Below are positions 1 through 8,868 of a DNA stretch of 64,000 nt, piece after piece. The DNA lies in contig DAOUFY010000005.1 of assembly GCA_034429745.1 (NCBI GenBank), forward strand, positions 1,544 through 65,543, in the 5' to 3' direction. This DNA comes from Anaerolineales bacterium. GTDB lineage: Bacteria > Chloroflexota > Anaerolineae > Anaerolineales > DRKV01. Below the pieces are notes generated by a model. That model saw only the letters and a program-made list of their open reading frames with translations, ran no database searches and was not told the DNA's origin. How positions within the stretch are numbered: position 1 is the first letter of the stretch; the number at the start of each line of letters is the position of its first letter. The position numbers and the translations under genes were made by a program.

Positions 1-666
1 GAATATGTACATTGGCAACCCTTCATACTCAGCTCCTTCTTCATATATGACACGTTGAGCAACACCTACCATTTGCAATTCGGTCATACCTGGTTTAATT
101 TCTCGTATTACTTGTTGAGTAGCTGCCTCAGCAATTCGATATCCTTCTCGCAAGCATGCAATTTCAGATTCTGATTTTATTGAACGAAGCTCAACCATTA
201 TAGAGTCCGAACGGATAATTTCAGCTTCAGGAAAGGCTGAACGAATGCCTTCCATTTGCACCAAATTGGTATCTAACCAGCTTGCTACACCAATACGTAA
301 TTTTTTTCCATTTACACCAATAGCATTAAATACGTCATTAAATGTTTCGGCTTTAAGTTCTGGATAAAGAGGATCTGCGCTTTCACGATATTCTTTCAAT
401 ACAAAAACCTTTTCGATCTTTGAACGATCTACTGCAAACTCACGACTCTCAGGCCCAACCATAAGTGCAGCCTCACCGTTCGCACTAATTGCAACCCCAC
501 AGCGTTCGAAAAGGGGCCAAAACCCAGAAAAATATCTTGTATTTGCATAATCAGCTTCATTGCCATTGACAATGATTGCATCAAGTTTTTCTCTCTGTAA
601 AATTGATGCGGTTTTTTCTATTCTTTTCTTATATTCTTCATCAGGTATATATACTTTTCCGTGCAT
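1..666 (-). CDS. M24 family (Xaa-Pro aminopeptidase/creatinase-like) hydrolase, 3' part runs off the window
   Basis: Not in the ORF track. Manual translation from ATG at 666 is open to base 1: MHGKVYIPDEEYKKRIEK...LDAIIVNGNE...NTRYFSGF...ELRSIKSESEIACLREG...IKPGMTELQM, which is the creatinase-N domain plus the start of the M24 domain (R-x-IKS-x-x-EI; PGMTE). Confidence 0.85.
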   Translation of the reverse strand, partial: MHGKVYIPDEEYKKRIEKTASILQREKLDAIIVNGNEADYANTRYFSGFWPLFERCGVAISANGEAALMVGPESREFAVDRSKIEKVFVLKEYRESADPLYPELKAETFNDVFNAIGVNGKKLRIGVASWLDTNLVQMEGIRSAFPEAEIIRSDSIMVELRSIKSESEIACLREGYRIAEAATQQVIREIKPGMTELQMVGVAQRVIYEEGAEYEGLPMYIF

Positions 667-702
667 AGTTATTTTCCTTTTTTCAATGTAGGCATAATTA
701 AT

Positions 703-1017
703 TTATTCACTATGGAAAATCTCTTCCATATCTGAATAGTAAATTCCTTGTTCGTGTGTAGCGAAGCATGGCTTTGTGTATGTCCACCATTGCTGCGTGA
801 TGGGATCAGCTTCCATCCGCTTTATGTCAGCGTCATAATCATTACCAATGTATTCAAAGTAAGCAAATAAATCCCCTCCTTTCAAAAATATTGAGTAATT
901 TTGAATATGGCAACTTTTTATTACTTCTAGCACCTTAGGCCATACGTCTTTATGAAGATTTTTATATTCTTCGATACACTCCGGCTTAAGTACTGCATGT
1001 TGTCCAAATCTTTTCAT
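703..1017 (-). CDS. L-rhamnose mutarotase (RhaM/DUF718) family protein
   Basis: 104 aa with the family pattern LKP...EEYK..H..VWP.V...I....I.NYSIFL....LFAYFEY and terminal EEIFH. Confidence 0.85.
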   Translation of the reverse strand: MKRFGQHAVLKPECIEEYKNLHKDVWPKVLEVIKSCHIQNYSIFLKGGDLFAYFEYIGNDYDADIKRMEADPITQQWWTYTKPCFATHEQGIYYSDMEEIFHSE

Positions 1018-1023
1018 TGCTAA

Positions 1024-1404
1024 TTATTCCTCTCCTGAAAATCCCATAGTTGTATAATATGCAAGATTTACTTGTCTTGTGTCTAGGCGGCCATATTGCA
1101 CAATAACTGGCACATCACTTTCGATTTTTACAGCATATTGTTTTCCCACAGGTAAAACATATTCCCCAAAGTGATCAGAGTTATGGGTTTGAAAACATTT
1201 AACACGTTCGGATGGTACAGTTAACCGAATACTGCGAATAGGTTCGCGATCCTCAAAATATATAGTAAATAATAAATGTGCATCATGTTTGTTTGGATTT
1301 AATACAATAAAGGACTCATGCCCAATTAAATCGCTATCACCTAACGGAGGACGATCTCCATCTGGAAAAAACCACTTTTGCTTTCCATCCATTTCATTCT
1401 TCAT
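1024..1404 (-). CDS. Sensory rhodopsin transducer (ASRT) family protein
   Basis: W.FPDG..P...GHES..VLN......TIYFEDREP...V..ERV......YAV.IESDVPVIVQY.RLDTRQ..LA motifs typical of ASRT. Confidence 0.85.
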   Translation of the reverse strand: MKNEMDGKQKWFFPDGDRPPLGDSDLIGHESFIVLNPNKHDAHLLFTIYFEDREPIRSIRLTVPSERVKCFQTHNSDHFGEYVLPVGKQYAVKIESDVPVIVQYGRLDTRQVNLAYYTTMGFSGEE

Positions 1405-1473
1405 TGCCTTATTATCTCCATAAAAGGTTTACAATTTGCAAGTATTAATTTTCGATACCTCTTAATCCAATTA

Positions 1474-2448
1474 TCATTCTCGTTTTGAATTAACATCAAT
1501 TAAGACAACAATTAATAAAATAATACCCTTTACCACCCATTGCCAATACGTATTAATACTCATAAGAACCATCATATTGCTAATAACCTGAAGAAAAAGA
1601 GCTGCAATTACTACTCCTATAACACTACCTCTTCCCCCTGAAAGCGAAGTTCCTCCTAAAACAACTATCGTCATAATGTCAAACAACAGATTTTCACCCA
1701 ACATTACATTTCCAGACAAGGTTCTTGAGGTTAGGCCCAGAGCACCAATTGCAGTCAATACTGCACAAAGCACAAACGCAAAAATACCGACAAAATCTAC
1801 ATTAATTCCTGACAATCTGCTAGCTTCAATATTTCCTCCAACTGCATAAAAAGATCTTCCTAAAGACGTATGTTGGGTAACAATATATAGCACAAAAGAA
1901 ATTATTGTCATTAATACAATAGGGAAAGGAATAACTCCAAGATAGCCTGCACCAAGAAAATTGAATGATTCAGGGAGTCCAGGAATAGGCAATCCTCCCG
2001 AATAAATAAAATATATCCCTTTTATTATTGTCATCGTAACCAAAGTCCCGATAAAGGCTGGCATTTTTCCATAAACAACGAGAATTCCATTAAAAAATCC
2101 AACGACTATCGCCATCAACATAACCAAAGCGATAGCTACCCATACGGGATACCCTAAAGTAACCGCAAAACCTGCAAAGAATATTGAAACCATACCAATA
2201 ATAGCTGAAATTGACATATCCATTCCACCAGTTAACACTACAAAAAATTGCCCTAGTGAAATGATGGCGATAAAAGATGCTTGACGCAATACATTCAATA
2301 TATTGGCTGGAGTTCTAAAAGTAGCATTTGTAGCCATAAATATGATCACTATTCCTATAAAAAGAAGCAACAACATCCATTCTTGTAAAAAAGCTTTACC
2401 ACTAATAAAACGTCTTGTCTTGATTATGAAATCGTCATTCTGTTGCAT
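1474..2448 (-). CDS. Sugar ABC transporter permease (RbsC-like)
   Basis: Multi-TM protein; [22 protein letters not shown] and [14 protein letters not shown] motifs. Confidence 0.95.
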   Translation of the reverse strand: MQQNDDFIIKTRRFISGKAFLQEWMLLLLFIGIVIIFMATNATFRTPANILNVLRQASFIAIISLGQFFVVLTGGMDMSISAIIGMVSIFFAGFAVTLGYPVWVAIALVMLMAIVVGFFNGILVVYGKMPAFIGTLVTMTIIKGIYFIYSGGLPIPGLPESFNFLGAGYLGVIPFPIVLMTIISFVLYIVTQHTSLGRSFYAVGGNIEASRLSGINVDFVGIFAFVLCAVLTAIGALGLTSRTLSGNVMLGENLLFDIMTIVVLGGTSLSGGRGSVIGVVIAALFLQVISNMMVLMSINTYWQWVVKGIILLIVVLIDVNSKRE

Positions 2449-3952
2449 TTTTATTCACTCCCAATAAACTATGAATGATAACATCTTGGGTTTTTCTCTC
2501 ACCCTCAACTACATCCATAATAGCTCCTTCAAACATTATATATACTCTATTACACAAGCCAATCAGCTCCTCAAGTTCTGGCGAGACTAGCACAACTGCT
2601 TTACCTTGCTTAGTTAATTCATTAATCAATTTATAAATTTCAAATTTAGCCCCAACATCAATGCCACGTGTTGGTTCATCCATGAGCAATATATCAGAAT
2701 TCCTCAACATCCACTTCGCAATCACAATTTTTTGCTGATTTCCTCCAGATAGCTTTTTAACACTTTGCCATAGAGAATGATAATTTAAATTCATTCTTTT
2801 GTTGACTTCATATGCTGCTTTTGACTCCTCTTTATGGTCTTGAAATAATTTCCATTTTTTAAATCGAGACATCGACGGTAGTACCGTATTGTCCTTTATA
2901 TCAAATAACATATTTAAACCAAGTGTTCTGCGCTCATCTGGAATAAAACCAAGACCTAATTTCACCGCTTGCTGAGGGCTCCTTATTGCTACTTCCTTCC
3001 CCTTAATAAAAATTTTCCCTCTAGTGACCTTTTGATTTCCAAATATGGCATGGAGGAGTTCTGTTTTATAAGCACCTACTAATCCCGCAATACCGACAAC
3101 TTCACCTCTTCTTACTTTTATATTGATATCTCGAAATGTATTTTGCCCAGTCAGTCCCTGAACTTCTAATAGTACTTCACCGAAATTTTGGTTTATTGGT
3201 AAATATACTTGCTTTAATTCGCGGCCAATGATCATTTTAATAAGTTGTGGTTTATCAATATCTTTTACATAACCACTATTAATATGCCTGCCATCACATA
3301 GTACTGTATATGTATCGCAACAATCGATCACTTCATCCAATCTATGCGAAATGTATATAATGCCCATTCCCCTTTCTTTAAGTATTTTGATAATACGAAA
3401 TATATTTTCTATATCTTTCTCCTGAAGGACTGCTGTTAGTTCATCAAGTATCAAAACCTTGGATTCATTAAGTACTGCCTTTGCAAGCTGAATAATTTGC
3501 CGCTCTGCCGTTCTCAATTGCTTTACAGGCACATTAAGATTCACATCGCACTGCAAAAAGTTCATGAGTTCATGAACTCTTTTCCGCATAGCTTTCCAAT
3601 CTATAAACGGACCTTTGGTTAAGTATTTACCTATGAAAATATTTTCCAATCCTGTCATATCGCTCATCAAATGAAATTCTTGGTGAACAATGGCTACACC
3701 ACGTGCTTGTATTTCCTTTATTGCATTAGAACTATACTTTATTAGTTCTCCATTTATGTATAACTCACCGCTCGTCATTTGATATTCACCAGTAATGCAC
3801 TTGACTAAAGTTGATTTTCCTGCGCCGTTTTCTCCTACTAATCCATGGCATTCACCTGGAAGCAGGGTAAAATTCACTTTGTTAAGTGCTTTTACTCCAG
3901 GAAATTCCATAATGCAATCTTTTACCTCAACCAAAGGTCGCTCTTCATCCAT
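2435..3952 (-). CDS. Sugar ABC transporter ATP-binding protein (RbsA-like, two NBDs)
   Basis: Walker [18 protein letters not shown] signature, [13 protein letters not shown]. Start set to ATG 3952 (GAGG upstream); the track starts at TTG 3970. Confidence 0.95.
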   Translation of the reverse strand: MDEERPLVEVKDCIMEFPGVKALNKVNFTLLPGECHGLVGENGAGKSTLVKCITGEYQMTSGELYINGELIKYSSNAIKEIQARGVAIVHQEFHLMSDMTGLENIFIGKYLTKGPFIDWKAMRKRVHELMNFLQCDVNLNVPVKQLRTAERQIIQLAKAVLNESKVLILDELTAVLQEKDIENIFRIIKILKERGMGIIYISHRLDEVIDCCDTYTVLCDGRHINSGYVKDIDKPQLIKMIIGRELKQVYLPINQNFGEVLLEVQGLTGQNTFRDINIKVRRGEVVGIAGLVGAYKTELLHAIFGNQKVTRGKIFIKGKEVAIRSPQQAVKLGLGFIPDERRTLGLNMLFDIKDNTVLPSMSRFKKWKLFQDHKEESKAAYEVNKRMNLNYHSLWQSVKKLSGGNQQKIVIAKWMLRNSDILLMDEPTRGIDVGAKFEIYKLINELTKQGKAVVLVSPELEELIGLCNRVYIMFEGAIMDVVEGERKTQDVIIHSLLGVNKNATE

Positions 3953-4011
3953 CTTAATCCTCTTATACAATTATCTTTTCATCACTCATTATCTCTTTGA
4001 TGATCATACTT

Positions 4012-6117
4012 CTATAACCACAACCAACCTAAAGCTTCAATCCCCGAGCAAATAACTGCATTATCAGGAGCTTCTGGATGGCGAATATTGTGAATTAATC
4101 TTTTCATTTCATGATAAGGATACATACAACTTTTTACACCCGTTTGTGATACTGGATTTATGTCAAAAAACATTTCTTTAACAATATCAAAATCTTTTTC
4201 GTTATACCATAATATTTCATCTAATATTTCATCCTTCTTAATAGGATCTGTTTCCTCTTCATAACGAAGAGCAGCTAAAACAAGGTCATATATAATCGCG
4301 TTACGGCGTTCAGCATTGTGCCATTTGTTAAAATGGGGTAACCATACACGTAATTTTTCATCGTTATAAGAAATTTCCCTCAATTCATTAATCATCTCCA
4401 TAAGATGAGGATGGTTTTGCTTTGCTGCAATTATTGCTGGTATATCTTCTTTTGTCATTTTATTCTTTTGAAATGGGAATGGCGTTGTATAAAGTGGTAT
4501 TTGACTTTCATGAATTGTTACTATATTCTTCATCACATAAAGTATTTTGTCAGTCAACTCAGCACCAAAGTTCAATTCGCACGCTCTTTTATAGAATTCC
4601 TCCATATCCATCATTGAGCCCCATCCATAATTACCATGAGCGAATAAGTGCATAAAATAACCATACCACTCAAACATAAAGCCATTAATTCCATGTACCC
4701 CCATCTTAACACTACCAATATGCTGCTCGATATCTCTCTCAATGACTTGCGCATTCGCCTCATCTTTATAACGGATTACATTTGACTCAAATATTCTAAA
4801 CAGTCTTCCCATAGTAGAAGTAATTGCATTAGATTCTGTATCTCTTGCCCATATTCTATGCTTACCAAATGCTTCACACCATTTAGGAAATTCCGTCTCA
4901 GGTACATACAAACCAGGAGCCCAAAATAAATTAATATCTTCCGGCATCGACTCTACACACTCCCGTAAAAAGGCTGGATCCTTCTCTAAAGGAGGCTGAC
5001 GGAAGGCTCGAATACCTAACACTATTTTGGGGTTTACCTTGCGAACTGCCTCAGTAATTTGATTCAACAACCATATATTAGCTTTATGTTTTGCTTCACC
5101 GGGTGTATTTGCTATTGCATGCCATCGTTTCTTACATTCATCGCATTCACAATACCAAAAACCTTCTTCGCTTTCTTCCAAGGTATAACCATCAAACCCA
5201 AGTTCTGCAATATGTACCATACTATCAAGAATATATTGAACAGTACCGGGATAACTTAAACATAGCGAGTCAAAATCATTTAAGAAAGAACTGGAAGGTG
5301 GTGGTTTCATCCGGGCTTCTGGGTGGGCAATAGTATATCCGCCATTATAGGAATTTAACCCAACATAAGCAAATATTTTTACTTCTAATTTGTGTGCATA
5401 CTCAATAAATTTATCCAGGTATGGTTCCTCAAGATTTGGATGGGTATAACGTACAGTTAACCAGCGAGAGTTCTCAGCATTCCATATTTTGATGGGTATA
5501 TTTCTAAACACTGTTTCTGGGTATTTTTCAAATTCAAAAGGCCAATACCCATACATCACCATATTAAATTGGTTTATTTTATTATCAAGACTTATGTTTA
5601 AAAATTCCACCCATTCGTCATAACCCCAAAGTTGGCTATCAAATCCAATTCTTCCATAACCTGCATACCAAGAAAAAGTTGGTGCTACAGCGCGTACCGG
5701 CAATGAAGGCCAATCAACAATCTCACAACATGGCAACCTATATCCCTCGCCATCTTTTCTTAATAGTTGCTTAATACTGGTAATACCGTTAATAAACCCT
5801 GCTCGGCTTTCATACTTTAAAAGAATTTTATTCTCTGAAATCAAGAGATAATATCCTTGCGATTTAAACAACGCCTCATTATCCGCTTTTATACCGTCAA
5901 GTTCTTTAACAATTTCAATGTTGATATCGTCAGCTTTGTTATTATTTCTAGTGTGAAAATTTATCTCCTTATAATTCCAGAATCTTATTTTCATTATCTC
6001 CAATAAGGAATCAACCTCGGAAACGCCTACTACTTGAGTAATACAAATATTTTTAAATATTTTTGTATATACACCGATATCACGAACTATTTTTGGCTCT
6101 GGTATTAAATTAATCAT
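4012..6117 (-). CDS. Putative glycoside hydrolase: GH20-type N-terminal domain plus divergent TIM-barrel domain
   Basis: LIPEPK start; GYYLLI...G..NGITSIKQLL...EIVDWP...R matches GH20 domain 2. The downstream domain has a CECDEC motif but no canonical GGDE motif. Confidence 0.7.
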   Translation of the reverse strand: MINLIPEPKIVRDIGVYTKIFKNICITQVVGVSEVDSLLEIMKIRFWNYKEINFHTRNNNKADDINIEIVKELDGIKADNEALFKSQGYYLLISENKILLKYESRAGFINGITSIKQLLRKDGEGYRLPCCEIVDWPSLPVRAVAPTFSWYAGYGRIGFDSQLWGYDEWVEFLNISLDNKINQFNMVMYGYWPFEFEKYPETVFRNIPIKIWNAENSRWLTVRYTHPNLEEPYLDKFIEYAHKLEVKIFAYVGLNSYNGGYTIAHPEARMKPPPSSSFLNDFDSLCLSYPGTVQYILDSMVHIAELGFDGYTLEESEEGFWYCECDECKKRWHAIANTPGEAKHKANIWLLNQITEAVRKVNPKIVLGIRAFRQPPLEKDPAFLRECVESMPEDINLFWAPGLYVPETEFPKWCEAFGKHRIWARDTESNAITSTMGRLFRIFESNVIRYKDEANAQVIERDIEQHIGSVKMGVHGINGFMFEWYGYFMHLFAHGNYGWGSMMDMEEFYKRACELNFGAELTDKILYVMKNIVTIHESQIPLYTTPFPFQKNKMTKEDIPAIIAAKQNHPHLMEMINELREISYNDEKLRVWLPHFNKWHNAERRNAIIYDLVLAALRYEEETDPIKKDEILDEILWYNEKDFDIVKEMFFDINPVSQTGVKSCMYPYHEMKRLIHNIRHPEAPDNAVICSGIEALGWLWL

Positions 6118-6147
6118 TTCTCCCTCCCAAATTTCACGCTGATTCCT

Positions 6148-6176
6148 CCGGGCGAAATGACTTTCATTTCGCCCGG
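6148..6176. other. Perfect 13-bp stem-loop between the binding-protein gene and the GH gene
   Basis: CCGGGCGAAATGA-ctt-TCATTTCGCCCGG; no U-tract follows on the transcribed (minus) strand. Confidence 0.8.
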
Positions 6177-6228
6177 GTTAGTTAAGAATTCAAAATATTA
6201 AATCGGTTTCTTCTCACCTGCTATTTAA

Positions 6229-7314
6229 TTAGAGCCAAGTCCAGCTCTTCCAATCAAATTCTGCAATATTGGCTGGTGTAATTGCTACCGGTTGAGGCAA
6301 CTCATATATTAAGGGCACTTTCTGACCCAAGACAAGCACTTTATACATTGCATCAGTAGCTTGATAACCAAGCACTACTGGATCCTGTAAAACCTCACCT
6401 ATCCAAGCCGGATTCCCTTTATCAATGTAGGTCAATACCTCTTTCGATCCTGCGATGCCGATGAATTTTATTTCAGTTCTATTAGCAGCAACAGCAGCGT
6501 TATAAGCACCAATCACTTCAGCATCATTATGTCCCGATACTACATCAATAACTGGTTCTCTCTGTAGAACATTTTCAACTAGACTCTGAGCAGAATCCGC
6601 GCTGCCAGCACCAATGTCACCTTCCACAATAATTCGCGCCTTAGGAAAAGCAGCCAATACAGTTTCAGAAAATCCATCTACCCTATCTTGAGATACCTTG
6701 CCAGAAGTTGGACGGGAAACAAACAGAGCCACAGGATCTTCCTTATTCAATGTTTTCAAATACTCGACAGCAACTTCTCCAGCTTTTACGCCCAGTGCTT
6801 TCATATCGTGCCCAACGAAGGTTGACCATACGATGTCTTCATCACTAGATGGTTGCTGAGCATAATCACCAATAACAAACGGAATGCCTTGTTTTACATA
6901 TTGCTTCATTACTGGTATTGCCGAGTTTGGATCAGCAGGGAAAAGGATAATCCCTTTCGCACCCCATGTAACCAGATTGTCAATGTTATTTAACATTGTT
7001 TGAACATCTGATCGAGAATCTTCGAATTGGAATACAAAATTTGCTTCTGGATGATCCTTTACATATTTCTCACAACCTTCTTTGGCTCCAAGAAACCATG
7101 TATAAGCTGTCATTTCCATAATCGAGACACCAATTTTAATTGGTTCCTCTGCTTTCGGTTGTTCAGCAGCAGGTGCCGCTTCCTTTGCTTTCGGTTGTTC
7201 AGCAGCTGGTGCCGCTTCCTCTGCTTTCGGCTGTTCAGCAGCTGGCTGACATGCAGTAAATAACATGCTAGCCAACACCAAAATTGTCACTAATAACAAT
7301 AATTTTTTAAACAT
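6229..7314 (-). CDS. Sugar ABC substrate-binding lipoprotein (RbsB-like)
   Basis: Signal peptide with lipobox-like FTAC, Ala/Pro/Glu linker, type I PBP motifs (IGVS, GHND, FIGIAG, LQDP..LG). Confidence 0.9.
   Translation of the reverse strand: MFKKLLLLVTILVLASMLFTACQPAAEQPKAEEAAPAAEQPKAKEAAPAAEQPKAEEPIKIGVSIMEMTAYTWFLGAKEGCEKYVKDHPEANFVFQFEDSRSDVQTMLNNIDNLVTWGAKGIILFPADPNSAIPVMKQYVKQGIPFVIGDYAQQPSSDEDIVWSTFVGHDMKALGVKAGEVAVEYLKTLNKEDPVALFVSRPTSGKVSQDRVDGFSETVLAAFPKARIIVEGDIGAGSADSAQSLVENVLQREPVIDVVSGHNDAEVIGAYNAAVAANRTEIKFIGIAGSKEVLTYIDKGNPAWIGEVLQDPVVLGYQATDAMYKVLVLGQKVPLIYELPQPVAITPANIAEFDWKSWTWL
7144..7245 (-). repeat. 36-bp coding tandem repeat (about 2.8 copies; AAPAAEQPKAEE)
   Basis: Units start at 7144, 7180 and 7216. 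Confidence 0.95.
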
Positions 7315-7431
7315 CCTTTATCTCCTTAATTCACTCAAATCTTTTTATCTCATTCAATCGTTTATAAATTTATTTTTCTTAATTCTATTTGCTAACTTAT
7401 TCTCCTACTTCAACCTCCTTTCCATTAATAA

Positions 7432-8478
7432 TTATTTTTTTTGTTTGTCATAGTAACCGCAAGATTCTCTTATAATCAATTCCATTGGCAGCTTAACCAC
7501 CTGAACAGGATTCGTATTGCCACTAGCCATTCTATTAAGTAACAAACTTGCCGATACTCGCCCTAATTCATACCATGAAGTACTTGTTGTAGTAAGTGCT
7601 GGATTTAATAAATCTCCATTTTCGACATCATCGAAAGACACTAAAGCAATCTCTTGCGGCACTTTAATCTTCAAAGCTTTTAAAACCGTCAAAGCTCCGA
7701 TACTCATTGAGTTATTAAAACCGAAAATAGCTGTTGGCCTTTTTTTCATTTCAAGTAATTTTTCTGTTGCAGATACACCACTTGGTTTTGTCCAATCACC
7801 AACTAGGACTAATTTATCGTCATAAAAAATACCGTGATCTTTCAATGCAGCTATATATCCATCTAACCGTTCTTTTGAACTGCTTTCATTTAGTGGGCCA
7901 GTTATAACAGCAATGTTTTCATGACCTAAATCGATCAAGTGAGATGTGAGTTTATATGCGCCTAGATAGTTATCTGAGGTTACAAAATCAATTTCCAAGT
8001 CTCCAAGTTTGTTATCTATTGCAACAATAATAATTTTTCTTTTTTCAAGTATATTTCGAATATGATCAATGATTAATTCTGATGCTGATGAGGCAATAAT
8101 AATGCCCTCCATTTGACGTGCAATAAATAAATCAAGCGCTTTTTTCTCCCATTCCGGTTTTCCTTCGGTGTTATAAAAAAGTAATTCATATTCCGAATAT
8201 TCCGAATTCTTTATGTAATTATAGGCAGCTTTGATTGCATTACTAAAAAAGGGGTTGGATATATCAGGTAAAATAAAACCGATCGTATATGTTCGTCCAT
8301 ATTTTAGACGACGAGCAGAAGCACTTGGATGATAACCAATTTTTTCTATCATAGCTAACACACGTTTGCGTGTTTCCAAGGCCACATCAGGATGGTTATT
8401 GATTACCCGAGATACAGTCTGAACAGACACTTTTGCTGCTTGCGCTACTTCTTTGATAGTAGGATTCTTAGTAATCAT
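7432..8478 (-). CDS. LacI family transcriptional regulator
   Basis: N-terminal HTH TIKEVAQAAKVSVQTVSRVIN plus PBP-like effector domain. Start set to ATG 8478 because the track's upstream extension is translated operator repeat. Confidence 0.95.
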   Translation of the reverse strand: MITKNPTIKEVAQAAKVSVQTVSRVINNHPDVALETRKRVLAMIEKIGYHPSASARRLKYGRTYTIGFILPDISNPFFSNAIKAAYNYIKNSEYSEYELLFYNTEGKPEWEKKALDLFIARQMEGIIIASSASELIIDHIRNILEKRKIIIVAIDNKLGDLEIDFVTSDNYLGAYKLTSHLIDLGHENIAVITGPLNESSSKERLDGYIAALKDHGIFYDDKLVLVGDWTKPSGVSATEKLLEMKKRPTAIFGFNNSMSIGALTVLKALKIKVPQEIALVSFDDVENGDLLNPALTTTSTSWYELGRVSASLLLNRMASGNTNPVQVVKLPMELIIRESCGYYDKQKK

Positions 8479-8488
8479 ATTTCTTGAT

Positions 8489-8524
8489 GTTATCGTTCCC
8501 GTTATCGTTCCCGTTATCGTTATC
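8489..8524. promoter_or_regulatory. Three tandem LacI-type operator-like 12-mers
   Basis: GTTATCGTTCCC GTTATCGTTCCC GTTATCGTTATC; each fits GNNANCGNTNNC with a central CG. Confidence 0.7.
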
Positions 8525-8553
8525 ATTATATAACAATACAAACATCATGTCAA
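8525..8553 (-). promoter_or_regulatory. Consensus sigma70 promoter for the lacI/sugar operon
   Basis: Minus strand: TTGACA (8553-8548), 17-bp spacer, TATAAT (8530-8525). Confidence 0.9.
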
Positions 8554-8767
8554 GATGTATTTGAAAATGCTTTCAACACTAACATTATTATTAGAGGAAT
8601 CTAATCCTTCTACATCATTATTCGAGCAGGTTTTTATCAAGCAAGCATTGTCCACACATATAATAGGGCTATTATTATTGCTCAACTATTGCTTATCTTC
8701 GTTTTATTCAATAGATATATGATAAAGTATTTTCTCTACCGAAGCCCATTTATACTGTTTTCTCTTG

Positions 8768-8776
8768 TGTTATAAT
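8768..8776 (+). promoter_or_regulatory. Extended -10 promoter candidate for the ASKHA gene
   Basis: TGtTATAAT about 90 bp upstream of ATG 8869. Confidence 0.5.
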
Positions 8777-8868
8777 TGATATCGTAATAGAACATAATAC
8801 TACCTACCTAGTATTATTTAATTTCCTCGCATTACAATCATTATGATTCTCACTTATTACATAGCCTC

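Noticed and set aside
8479-8541. N-terminal extension MYCYIMITITGTITGTITSRN of LacI in the ORF track
   Set aside because: It is a translation of the promoter and the 12-bp operator repeats; the HTH begins right after ATG 8478.
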